Assembly: GCA_963801815.1 (NCBI GenBank)
Contig: CAWDGJ010000003.1
Span: 544,001-608,000 of the forward strand
Reading direction: 5' to 3'
Origin: an uncultured Verrucomicrobiae bacterium
GTDB taxonomy: Bacteria; Verrucomicrobiota; Verrucomicrobiia; Chthoniobacterales; UBA10450
DNA: 64,000 nt
Shown here: positions 21,218 through 30,181 of the stretch, piece after piece
Position numbering within the stretch: the stretch's first letter is position 1
How the letters are laid out: the number at the start of each line of letters is the position of its first letter
The notes under the pieces: model-generated
Database searches by the model: none
What the model saw: the letters and a program-made list of their open reading frames with translations, nothing else
What the model was told of the DNA's origin: nothing
Translations under genes and position numbers: made by a program

Positions 21218-22144
21218 ATGAAGGCTTTCGTCGTTGCGTTCGTTGTTGGGTTTGTCATAGCGGATTTGTCCGCGCAGACAAAAGTCTGGCAGCCATCGCC
21301 GGGACACACGCAAATACCGATCTGGCCAACCGAGCCGCCAGATGCCAAGCCTGCCGCTGGGCCGGAAACGCTACAAACGGATCCTAAGGATCTGGTTGCC
21401 GGCAAACCTTGGTTTTATGTGACCAACGTCTCGCAGCCGACGATCACCGTCTACTCGCCAAAAGGAAAAAACACCGGCGTAGCGATGGTCGTTTTTCCTG
21501 GGGGCGGTTATGAAGTTCTCGCCATTGATCTGCAAGGTACTGAAATTTGCGATTGGCTGACCTCCCGAGGAATTACTGCCGTATTTTTGAAATATCGCGT
21601 GCCATCGAGAGAATCTGGTCCATATGGCGAATCAACGCTGGCATTGCAGGACGCGCAGAGAGCGATCGGGCTCGTGCGCTTTCATGCAGCTGAATGGCAT
21701 ATCGATCCGCACAAGATTGGAGTCATCGGCTTCTCGGCCGGCGGGCATATGGTCGCTGCAGTGAGCACGCATTTTGACAAACGAGCGTATGCGACTCTCG
21801 ATGGCGCTGATAAAGAAAGTTGCCGGCCGGACTTTGCGATCGCAGAATATCCGGGACATCTCTGCAACAACGATGACAAGAATTTTCAATTGAACCCGAC
21901 TGTTCCGGTTACCCGCAACACGCCGTCCACGTTTTTGCTACAGGCGGAGAATGACGACGTGGATCCCGTTAGGGAGTCATTGGTCTATTACATCGCGCTG
22001 AAAAACGCCGGCGTTCCGGTGGAAATGCATTTGTATGCCGAGGGCGGCCATGCGTTTGGGATACGACGCACCAAGTTTCCGATCACGCGCTGGCCTGAAT
22101 TGGTGGAGACGTGGTTGAAAACGATCGGATTGATTTCGGAGTAG
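21218..22144 (+). CDS. Secreted alpha/beta hydrolase (acetyl esterase-like)
   Basis: FPGGGY, GFSAGGH nucleophile elbow, GGHAFG. Confidence 0.88.
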   Translation: MKAFVVAFVVGFVIADLSAQTKVWQPSPGHTQIPIWPTEPPDAKPAAGPETLQTDPKDLVAGKPWFYVTNVSQPTITVYSPKGKNTGVAMVVFPGGGYEVLAIDLQGTEICDWLTSRGITAVFLKYRVPSRESGPYGESTLALQDAQRAIGLVRFHAAEWHIDPHKIGVIGFSAGGHMVAAVSTHFDKRAYATLDGADKESCRPDFAIAEYPGHLCNNDDKNFQLNPTVPVTRNTPSTFLLQAENDDVDPVRESLVYYIALKNAGVPVEMHLYAEGGHAFGIRRTKFPITRWPELVETWLKTIGLISE

Positions 22145-22182
22145 CGTCTGATCGCTTCAATCAGCTAACATCCGCAGCAAAT

Positions 22183-24159
22183 ATGCGCGCTGAACTCACC
22201 ATCCGCGGTCTGATCATCGGGATTGTCATCACGCTGGTTTTCACGGCCGCGAATGTTTACTTCGGACTGAAAGCAGGCCTTACTTTTTCGACATCAATTC
22301 CGGCAGCGGTGATTTCGATGGCGATCCTGCGCGGTTTTAAGGACGCGACGATCCAGGAAAACAATATCGTGCAAACCGTTGCCTCGGCGGCGGGCACGCT
22401 TTCGTCGATCATTTTCGTTCTGCCAGGCCTGATCATGATCGGCTATTGGACGGAGTTTCCGTTCTGGACCTCGTTCTGGATCTGCGCGCTCGGCGGAATT
22501 CTCGGCGTGATGTATTCGATTCCGCTGCGGCGCGCGTTGGTTACCCAATCCGATTTGCCGTATCCGGAAGGCGTCGCCTGCGCCGAAGTATTGAAGGTGG
22601 GAAGTAGCGGGGGGTCGGACCATGCTCACGATATCGAGCATGGTCGCGCCGGTCTGCTCGCAGTCTTGTGGGGTTCGATCGTGTCAGCGGTCTTCGCCGT
22701 GATCGTCGCCACGCAACTTTTTGCTTCAGACGTCGCCCGAACATTTCGGATTGGCCGCAACGGCGCTGTCAGTGGTTTCGATTTCTTCCTGTCATTCGCG
22801 CTACTTGGGATCGGGCATTTGGTCGGTTTGTCCGTTGGAATCGCGATGCTCATCGGCGCTTTCATCGGTTGGGGTTGGGGTGTTCCGCATTTTTCTGGTA
22901 TCGCGGGCGATATTACGACCGCCGCCGCGCAACTTGCGCAGTCCACTTGGAGCCACAAAGTTCGGTTCATCGGCGCGGGCGCGATCGGCGTTTCAGCAAT
23001 TTGGACGCTATTGAAATTAGTGAAGCCGGTCGCGAGCGGACTGACCAGTGCGATGGCTGCGTCTCGCGCGCGCAAAGCCGGTCAGGCCGACACGTTGCCG
23101 ATCACCGAGCGCGATATTCCGATCGGCATCGTTGGCATCATAACGCTGGTTTGCATGCTGCCGATTGGTTGGCTGCTTGGTTACTTCGGAAACTCCAGCG
23201 GCCTGGGCGCGCATTTGCCGACGCTCATCATCGGCGGCGTCGTTTACATCGTGTTGATGAGTTTTTTCGTGTCGGCGGTGTGCGGTTATATGGCCGGCCT
23301 GATTGGCTCGTCGAACAGTCCGCTTTCCGGCATTGGAATTCTGGTCGTGATTGGCGCCGCTTTGTTGCTCGTGATTGGAGTAAAGCCATACGTGGGTCCG
23401 GACACAACCAAAGCACTGATTGCCTTCGCACTGTTCACCACGGCCGTAGTCTTCAACGTGGCCGCGATCGCGAACAACAACCTTCAGGACCTCAAGACCG
23501 GTCAGCTGGTTGACGCGACACCGTGGAAGCAACAAGTCGCGCTGATTTTCGGCGTGATCGCCGGCGCGTTCGTGATTCCGCCTGTACTCGGTCTCGTGAA
23601 CCAGGCCTACGGGTTCGTCGGCGCGCCCGGCGCAGAACTGCGACCGCATCCATTGCCCGCACCACAAGCCGGCTTGATCTCGTCGCTTGCCCAGGGCGTC
23701 ATCGCCGCGGATATCGACTGGAGTCTGATCCGAATCGGCGCGCTGATTGGAGTAGCCATCATCGCGCTCGATGAAATTCTCGCCCGAACAACCAAGCACA
23801 TGCGGGTTCCACCGCTTGCGGTGGGCCTCGGAATTTATCTGCCGACGCAAAGCACGCTGATGATCGTGGTCGGCGCGGTCGTCGGGTGGTTTTTCGATAG
23901 ACGCGCTGATCGCACCCCAAGGCCGGAGGCGACCCAGCAGCTCGGCGTTTTGCTCGCGTCGGGCTTGATCGTCGGCGAGGGAATTCTTGGTGTCGTGATA
24001 TCGGCAATTGTGGTGTTTTCCGGCAAGGACGCACCGCTCTCAGTGGTGGGCCCGGCATATGAGACAGCCGGCATCATTATTGGCGGACTCGCTTTCGCGA
24101 TCATCGCTTTCGCGCTTTATCGGTGGATTTTGCACATGGCATCGGCAAGGCCGGCATGA
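22183..24159 (+). CDS. OPT-family oligopeptide transporter
   Basis: ELTIRG, ANVYFGLKAGLT, ENNIVQT, LPYPEG, LQDLKTG. Confidence 0.93.
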   Translation: MRAELTIRGLIIGIVITLVFTAANVYFGLKAGLTFSTSIPAAVISMAILRGFKDATIQENNIVQTVASAAGTLSSIIFVLPGLIMIGYWTEFPFWTSFWICALGGILGVMYSIPLRRALVTQSDLPYPEGVACAEVLKVGSSGGSDHAHDIEHGRAGLLAVLWGSIVSAVFAVIVATQLFASDVARTFRIGRNGAVSGFDFFLSFALLGIGHLVGLSVGIAMLIGAFIGWGWGVPHFSGIAGDITTAAAQLAQSTWSHKVRFIGAGAIGVSAIWTLLKLVKPVASGLTSAMAASRARKAGQADTLPITERDIPIGIVGIITLVCMLPIGWLLGYFGNSSGLGAHLPTLIIGGVVYIVLMSFFVSAVCGYMAGLIGSSNSPLSGIGILVVIGAALLLVIGVKPYVGPDTTKALIAFALFTTAVVFNVAAIANNNLQDLKTGQLVDATPWKQQVALIFGVIAGAFVIPPVLGLVNQAYGFVGAPGAELRPHPLPAPQAGLISSLAQGVIAADIDWSLIRIGALIGVAIIALDEILARTTKHMRVPPLAVGLGIYLPTQSTLMIVVGAVVGWFFDRRADRTPRPEATQQLGVLLASGLIVGEGILGVVISAIVVFSGKDAPLSVVGPAYETAGIIIGGLAFAIIAFALYRWILHMASARPA

Positions 24160-24923
24160 AGCGCAAATGGAACTGGCCGCTGTGGGTCGGCTTCGTCGTC
24201 GCTGTCGGCGGTCTCTTCAGTTACCAATTTTTCATTCAGTTTCCGAGCACGCGCGATTTTCCGTGGGCGACTCTTTTGATCTTTGGCGTTGGCGCAGCGT
24301 TGCTCGTCGTCGGCCTCTTTCGCGCTTTTGGAAGACCGCAGGTTTATCGAGGCAAAATCTTCGGCTCGATTTTTCTCGTCATCACCGTCTTACTATTCGC
24401 GTTTTTCTCTTACGTAACCTTTTACGTCCTGCGGCAAGTCCCGCTTTCGGCACAGGCGCCGCGGGTTGGCGAGAAAGCGCCGAACTTTTCGTTGCCGGAT
24501 CAAAATGGAAAGCAGGTTTCGCTGGGCGATCTGCTTTCGCCCAATGGCGCGGTCCTGATTTTTTATCGCGGACACTGGTGACCGCTCTGTAACTCCGAGT
24601 TGCGGAGTTTTCAGAAGCATCTGGGTGATTTTAAGGCGCGAGGCGTCCAGGTCGCAGCCATCAGTGTCGACCCGGTCGACGTAACGAAAACGCATTGCGC
24701 GAAAATGGGTTACACGTTCACTTTCTTGTCCGACACCGACGCCGCCGTGATCAAACGTTACGACGTGCTTCACCGCGGAGCCGGACCCAAAGGCAATGAC
24801 ATTGCGCGTCCGGCTGAGTTTTACGTCGACGCCGAGGGGGCGGTCCGCTGGGTGAATTTGACTGAGAACATTGCCGTCCGCGCCCGGCCCGAACAGGCGC
24901 TGGCGGCGATCGATTCGCATTAA
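24156..24923 (+). CDS. Membrane-anchored AhpC/TSA (peroxiredoxin-like) selenoprotein with in-frame UGA
   Basis: ATGA overlap with the OPT stop; ...FYRGHW-TGA-PLCNSELRSFQ... continues in the same frame to 24923; UxxC motif. Confidence 0.8.
24584..24618 (+). promoter_or_regulatory. SECIS-like stem-loop 3' of the in-frame UGA
   Basis: AACTCCG-AGTTG-CGGAGTT upper stem; TCTG/CAGA lower stem. Confidence 0.6.
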
Positions 24924-24975
24924 CCCTGTCCGAGCAATTGACGACGCTGGAAGGAGTTAATACCTTCATCGGCTC

Positions 24976-25680
24976 GTGCGTGCCGAACTGGAACAACTCC
25001 TCATCCTTCAAGATCGACAACAAAAGATCCGACAGATCGAAAGCGAGATAAAAAGTCTGCCGCTGCAGCGCAAGCATCTCGAAGCTCAATTGGCGGACAG
25101 CGCGGCGGCTCTGGAGGGGAGCAAGCACAAGGCGCGGCAAGTCGAGGTCGACCGCAAGAAGCTTGAGCTCGATGTCGGCACGCGTACCGAAAGCATCAAC
25201 CGGCTCAAGACTCAGCAATATCAAACCCGCAAGAACGACGAGTTCCAGGCAATGGGTCACGAGATCCAGCGCTACGAGGACGAAATTCGCAAACTGGAGG
25301 ACGAAGAGCTCGAGCTGATGGAGCAGGGGGATAAGTTGAAGACCGAAGTGGCCGCCGAGGAAAAAAAAGCTGCAGCGACCAAGGACTCGATTACCCGCCA
25401 AATGAATGATCTCGGCGAGAAAACCAAAGCGCTCGAAGCGCGCCTGCAGGAATTATCGAAAGAACGGGCGGGGTTGGCAGAAAAAATGGACGAGGATCTG
25501 TTGGATCGCTTTGAACGACTTTTCGTCAGTAAAGGCGATTCAGCGATCGTGGCTGTGGAGCACGGTTTTTGCACCGGTTGTCACATGAGGCTGACGACGG
25601 CGACGGTGAATGCGGCTGAGGCCGGCAAGGAAATCGTCAACTGCGAGCAGTGCGGAAGAATTCTCTACGTTCCGGCGTAG
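24976..25680 (+). CDS. Coiled-coil protein with C4-type zinc ribbon (DUF164/CT398-like)
   Basis: Long coiled coil, CTGCHM...CEQCGRILY. Confidence 0.88.
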   Translation: MRAELEQLLILQDRQQKIRQIESEIKSLPLQRKHLEAQLADSAAALEGSKHKARQVEVDRKKLELDVGTRTESINRLKTQQYQTRKNDEFQAMGHEIQRYEDEIRKLEDEELELMEQGDKLKTEVAAEEKKAAATKDSITRQMNDLGEKTKALEARLQELSKERAGLAEKMDEDLLDRFERLFVSKGDSAIVAVEHGFCTGCHMRLTTATVNAAEAGKEIVNCEQCGRILYVPA

Positions 25681-25694
25681 CTCGACATCGTCCC

Positions 25695-25829
25695 GGGGAA
25701 CGCACCCGCCACGCGTGCACGTTTCGGCGCCTCGCCGAAACGACAGCAAGCTGTCAGGCTTTTCTCATATCGGTAAAGACGGCGATCGCGAGGGCGCGAT
25801 CGCCAGCACGCGCGGCGCGTGCGCTCCCC
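25695..25829. repeat. Structured intergenic repeat with terminal inverted ends (GGGGAACGCAC...GTGCGCTCCCC)
   Basis: Internal hairpin TTTCGGCGCCTCGCCGAAA; lies between convergent genes. Confidence 0.6.
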
Positions 25830-25834
25830 AGAAT

Positions 25835-26959
25835 TCAAACATTGAACCGAAACGTGATTACGTCGCCGTCCCGGACCTCGTACTCTTTGCCTTCGAGCCG
25901 AAGTTTTCCTGACTCACGCGCTTTCGCGAACGAACCGAGCGCGATCAAATCCTCATAAGCCGTCGTTTCGGCGGCAATGAAGCCGCGCTCGAAATCCGAA
26001 TGGATCGCGCCCGCGGCCTGCGGCGCTTTTTCGCCTGCGTGAATGGTCCAGGCTCGCGTTTCCTTTTCACCGGTGGTGAAAAACGTACGAAGTCCGAGCA
26101 AGTGATAAGCTGCGCGGATGAGCGCGTGCACGCCGCTGTCTTCCACCCCGAGCCCCCGTAAATATTCCAACGCTTCGTCTTCGCTGAGATCGACCAGTTC
26201 GCTTTCGATCCGTGCGCTGATCACGAATGCTTCGGTGCCGAAGTGATGTCGCGCGTAATCTTGAACAAGACCGACATACTCGGCCGAGGCATTATTTTTG
26301 TCGCCCTTCGCGACGGCCGCGAGATCGGTTTCCGCGACGTTGCAGGCGAAAAGAGTCGGCTTGGAAGTGAGAAGAAAGAAATTGCGAGCGATAGCTTTCT
26401 CTTCCGGATCGAGCGGTGCAGAAATTGCAGGTTTTCCAGAATCCAGATGCGGCAACAGTTTTTCAATCACCGCGCTTTCGACTTTGGCGCTTTTCTCACC
26501 CGCGCGAACTTCCTTTTGCAGTCGATCGTGGCGTTTTTGGAGCGAGGCCAGATCGGCCAGCACAAGCTCGGTATTGATCACTTCGATGTCGCGGATCGGA
26601 TCAATCGTCGCGTTCACGTGGTGAACATCCGGATCGACGAAACAGCGGACCACCTGGATGATCGCATCGACCTCGCGGATGTGACTGAGAAACTGATTGC
26701 CGAGCCCTTCGCCCGCGCTCGCGCCTTTAACCAAACCCGCGATGTCGACAAACTGGATCGCCGTGGGCGTAACTTTTTTCGACTTGGAAATCTCCTCGAG
26801 CTTTTGCAGTCGCGCATCAGGGACGGTCACGACACCGACGTTGGGATCGATGGTGCAGAATGGATAATTTTCCGCGGGCGCGTTGTGCGTCCGAGTGACG
26901 GCATTAAACAACGTCGATTTTCCGACGTTTGGTAATCCCACGATTCCGGCACTAAGCAT
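25835..26959 (-). CDS. ychF: Redox-regulated ATPase YchF
   Basis: GIVGLPNVGKSTLFNA, NYPFCTIDPN, DIAGLV, HSDFERGFI. Confidence 0.96.
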   Translation of the reverse strand: MLSAGIVGLPNVGKSTLFNAVTRTHNAPAENYPFCTIDPNVGVVTVPDARLQKLEEISKSKKVTPTAIQFVDIAGLVKGASAGEGLGNQFLSHIREVDAIIQVVRCFVDPDVHHVNATIDPIRDIEVINTELVLADLASLQKRHDRLQKEVRAGEKSAKVESAVIEKLLPHLDSGKPAISAPLDPEEKAIARNFFLLTSKPTLFACNVAETDLAAVAKGDKNNASAEYVGLVQDYARHHFGTEAFVISARIESELVDLSEDEALEYLRGLGVEDSGVHALIRAAYHLLGLRTFFTTGEKETRAWTIHAGEKAPQAAGAIHSDFERGFIAAETTAYEDLIALGSFAKARESGKLRLEGKEYEVRDGDVITFRFNV

Positions 26960-27046
26960 CTTCTTCTGTAGCGGCGGTCGTCGGACGTCGCAAATTTCAG
27001 CGGTGGAGATTTGTTCCGGATGAGTGAATAATTCGCCTCTGTAAAT

Positions 27047-27120
27047 CGGGCTGTAGTTCAGCTTGGTAGAACGCTTGAATGGGGTTCAAGAGGTCGTGGG
27101 TTCAAATCCCGCCAGCCCGA
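27047..27120 (+). tRNA. tRNA-Pro(GGG), CCA not encoded
   Basis: CGGGCTG/CAGCCCG acceptor stem, CTTGA-ATGGGGT-TCAAG anticodon arm, GGTTCAAATCC T-arm. Confidence 0.95.
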
Positions 27121-27138
27121 GTTGTTTTAAACCCCCAG

Positions 27139-27579
27139 ATGAATGCGCGCATCGCCGTCCTTCTCCTAAATCTTGCGGCATTTCAGGCGCACGGAGCGGA
27201 GCACGATTCGATCCGACTGAATACCGCTGCATTCGACTTTGCGTGCGAACTGATTAACCAGGGCCGCTTCCTTGCCGACAAGAAAGGCGACTGGAGCAGT
27301 GATCATCCGACTCGAGCACAAGAAAATGATTTTGTTCGCAACCATGGATTCCGGGAATATGCGAAGTGGTATCTCGCCATGGATGAGCGCCGTGGGCCAA
27401 ATGGCAAAGCGCGATACAAGTTCCCATTCGGCGATTTTCGAAATGTTCACCGCTGTGGCTTGCTTGCGGTCAAAGCGCGTGCTCACCAATACGGCTATCA
27501 GGAAATCGAAGATGCCGCAGCGAAGTTGCTCGCGATGATCGAATCATCCGGCCCAGCTCGTCAAAAACGCATCGATTAA
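27139..27579 (+). CDS. Hypothetical protein with signal-like N-terminus
   Basis: Clean ORF after the tRNA; YKFPFGDFRNVHRCG segment. Confidence 0.6.
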   Translation: MNARIAVLLLNLAAFQAHGAEHDSIRLNTAAFDFACELINQGRFLADKKGDWSSDHPTRAQENDFVRNHGFREYAKWYLAMDERRGPNGKARYKFPFGDFRNVHRCGLLAVKARAHQYGYQEIEDAAAKLLAMIESSGPARQKRID

Positions 27580-28431
27580 CTGCGGCAAATCCTCGCTGTA
27601 GCCACCCTCAAGAATCGCGGCGATAGGAATGCCTGCTAGGCCGGAGCGTTGGGAAGGCGAGTCGATCTCGCGCAGCCATTCTCCGAACGCCGCGAAATCT
27701 TCTTGTTCGAGGGTCATCTGGACCAACGGATCGCGGACGTAGGCGTCAAACCCGGCGGATACGAGAATTACATCGGGTTTAAACGCGACAAGTTTGTCTA
27801 AGGCGCGCTTGCAAACATTCACATGCTCTTGGCGCGGCGTCTGTGGCGCGACCGGGTAATTGTCGATGTTGGCGAAAGATTTCTCGCCAGTTCCCGGATA
27901 AGCGGGGAATTGGTGGATGGAAGCGAAGCGAATTCGCGAATTGTTAGCGACAATGTCCTCGGTTCCATTTCCGTGATGCGCGTCGAAATCCCAAATCGCG
28001 ACGCGTTCTGCGCCGTTTTCCAGCGCGTCGAGTGCTGCGACCGCGATGTTGCTGAAATAACAAAAGCCCATCGCTCGAGTGCGTGTGGCGTGATGTCCCG
28101 GCGGCCGCATCAGAGTGAACGCGCGTTCGCCTTTCATTGCGGCGCGCGCAGCTTCAATCGCGGCTCCAGCGGATTGGCGCGCGTAAGTGTCGATCTTTGG
28201 ATAAGCCGGCGTGTCGAGATCGAAATCGCCGCGCGGATTTCTAATGTGCTCAATGTGTTCCTGCGAATGCGCGCGCAGCAACTTCTTGTCAGTGACGGGT
28301 CGCGGTTCGAGCCATGTCCAATCCGCGTGTCGTTCTTTCAAAATCGGAACGGTTCGTGCGATTCGGGACGGGCGTTCCGGATGCCCCGGGGCAGAATATT
28401 CGATGCAGTGTGGGTCGTGAAAAATAATCAC
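27544..28431 (-). CDS. Histone deacetylase-family amidohydrolase
   Basis: HPERPSR, RPPGHHA, MGFCYF, DFDAHHGNGT, SAGFDA, LEGGY. Confidence 0.94.
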   Translation of the reverse strand: MIIFHDPHCIEYSAPGHPERPSRIARTVPILKERHADWTWLEPRPVTDKKLLRAHSQEHIEHIRNPRGDFDLDTPAYPKIDTYARQSAGAAIEAARAAMKGERAFTLMRPPGHHATRTRAMGFCYFSNIAVAALDALENGAERVAIWDFDAHHGNGTEDIVANNSRIRFASIHQFPAYPGTGEKSFANIDNYPVAPQTPRQEHVNVCKRALDKLVAFKPDVILVSAGFDAYVRDPLVQMTLEQEDFAAFGEWLREIDSPSQRSGLAGIPIAAILEGGYSEDLPQLIDAFLTSWAG

Positions 28432-28539
28432 GCTGGCGTGCTTTGTAACATGTTTGTGTCAAAGCGCGATTGCAATTGACCGAAGTTCTGGGCTCGCGAA
28501 ATTGTAGTCGGCAGCACGCAAGTTGCTGCAAATTGCTTC

Positions 28540-29319
28540 ATGACCATAACAACGAAAGGAATCAAAATGAAGAGTGGAATGCTTAAGTTGTGTATTGCAG
28601 TTGTATCGAGTCTGGCCGTGGCCGGCTGGGTGAAGGGGGCGAATCCGACGGTGGACGACGTCGGCGACGCTGACTCGTTCGGCAACAATGCCATTTACCT
28701 GGGCGCGGAAAGCGGATTCATAACCCTGCAAACCGATCCATGTCCGGCGCCAACGCCCGGACCCAGTCCATCCACGAATCCGGCGAACGGAGACCAATGT
28801 TTCCAGATCGCGGACACAATCGTCACAACGCCGTTCGATGCCGAAAACAGTGCCCGGATTAATCTCCCGAAAAACGCTACCAAGACGATTATCTATCCAG
28901 TTTTGAACTTCTTCTACACCTACAACATGAACAACACGACCGGCGGATCGGCGCAGGCGCGGTTTCAATTCACGGCCAACATCAGCATTGTCAGCGATGT
29001 GTTGAATGACCCGACTTGTATCGATCCGAACACGAGCGCTCCGTGTGGAGGCAAGCTTACCTTTCAGTTCAGTCCCAATCGCGTGTTTGACGATCGTCAT
29101 CTCGATGCCGGTGAGACTGCCCAGGTGCGGCTGACGCTGACCCGCGCGGGCAATGCTGGAATCAGCAAAGCAGGACTGGTAGGGCAAGGCTTGCCTTCCG
29201 CACTGGTGGACAAGCTATTCAACAAACCAATGACGCTTCAGTTGAACGTAGTGGGTACGGCGAAAAATGTCGATTTCGCATCGGTGACGGGCAACATGCG
29301 GTTGTTCGGTGATAAGTGA
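28540..29319 (+). CDS. Secreted hypothetical beta-rich protein with Pro/Ser/Thr linker
   Basis: Signal peptide, PAPTPGPSPST segment, followed by a strong hairpin. Confidence 0.75.
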   Translation: MTITTKGIKMKSGMLKLCIAVVSSLAVAGWVKGANPTVDDVGDADSFGNNAIYLGAESGFITLQTDPCPAPTPGPSPSTNPANGDQCFQIADTIVTTPFDAENSARINLPKNATKTIIYPVLNFFYTYNMNNTTGGSAQARFQFTANISIVSDVLNDPTCIDPNTSAPCGGKLTFQFSPNRVFDDRHLDAGETAQVRLTLTRAGNAGISKAGLVGQGLPSALVDKLFNKPMTLQLNVVGTAKNVDFASVTGNMRLFGDK

Positions 29320-29347
29320 TCTAAGAAGAACCACAGTAAACTTATGT

Positions 29348-29377
29348 CCGCCGCTTCGGTGAAAACCGAAGCGGCGG
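29348..29377 (+). terminator. Strong hairpin, likely terminator
   Basis: CCGCCGCTTCGGT-GAAA-ACCGAAGCGGCGG, 13-bp stem. Confidence 0.7.
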
Positions 29378-29441
29378 TTCATTTTAGCGGAGATTCTTAC
29401 TTGATGAAGCCAGCGGCAATGCGGATGGTGCGCGTCGTTTA

Positions 29442-30179
29442 ATGGTAAAGGGTCAGAAAATTGTAGTGGTGATGCCGGCCTATAACGCCGCCCGCACCTT
29501 GCAACGAACCTACGACGAGGTGATGCAACAGGGGATCGTCGATCTCGTCATCGTGGTGGACGATGCAAGCCACGACGAAACGGCGGCAATCGCGCGCACG
29601 TTGCCGAACGTGCAGGTGGACGTGCATCCCGAAAATCGCGGCTATGGCGGCAACCAAAAAACCTGTTACCGCCTCGCCCTTGAGGCCGGTGCCGACATCG
29701 TCGTAATGATACATCCGGACTACCAATACACGCCGCAAATTCTCCCGGCGATGGCCTCTATGGTGGCGAGCGGGCTCTATCCCTGCGTCCTCGGCTCCCG
29801 CATTCTCGGTGGCGGCGCGCTCGACGGCGGAATGCCGTGGTGGAAATACGTCGCCAATCGTTTCCTGACCGCGGCCGAAAATTTCATGATCGGCGCCAAG
29901 CTCTCGGAATATCACACCGGCTATCGGGCGTTTGCTCGCACTTTGCTGGAACGGGTGCCGATCGAGAAGAACTCGGACGACTTCGTTTTCGACAATCAAA
30001 TGCTCGCCCAAATCGTATGGTTCGGTTTCAGGATCGGCGAAGTCAGCTGTCCCGCGAAATACATGCCTGAAATGTCTTCGATTAATTTTCGCCGCAGCGT
30101 GCGTTACGGGCTCGGCTGTTTGGGAACGGCATTGCATTTTCGCCTGGCGCGATGGCGACTGGCTTCGCCTCCGGTTTAA
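29442..30179 (+). CDS. GT2 glycosyltransferase (DPM/DPG synthase-like)
   Basis: VVMPAYN, VVDDAS, NRGYGGNQK, HPDYQY, GYRAF. Confidence 0.9.
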   Translation: MVKGQKIVVVMPAYNAARTLQRTYDEVMQQGIVDLVIVVDDASHDETAAIARTLPNVQVDVHPENRGYGGNQKTCYRLALEAGADIVVMIHPDYQYTPQILPAMASMVASGLYPCVLGSRILGGGALDGGMPWWKYVANRFLTAAENFMIGAKLSEYHTGYRAFARTLLERVPIEKNSDDFVFDNQMLAQIVWFGFRIGEVSCPAKYMPEMSSINFRRSVRYGLGCLGTALHFRLARWRLASPPV

Positions 30180-30181
30180 CG

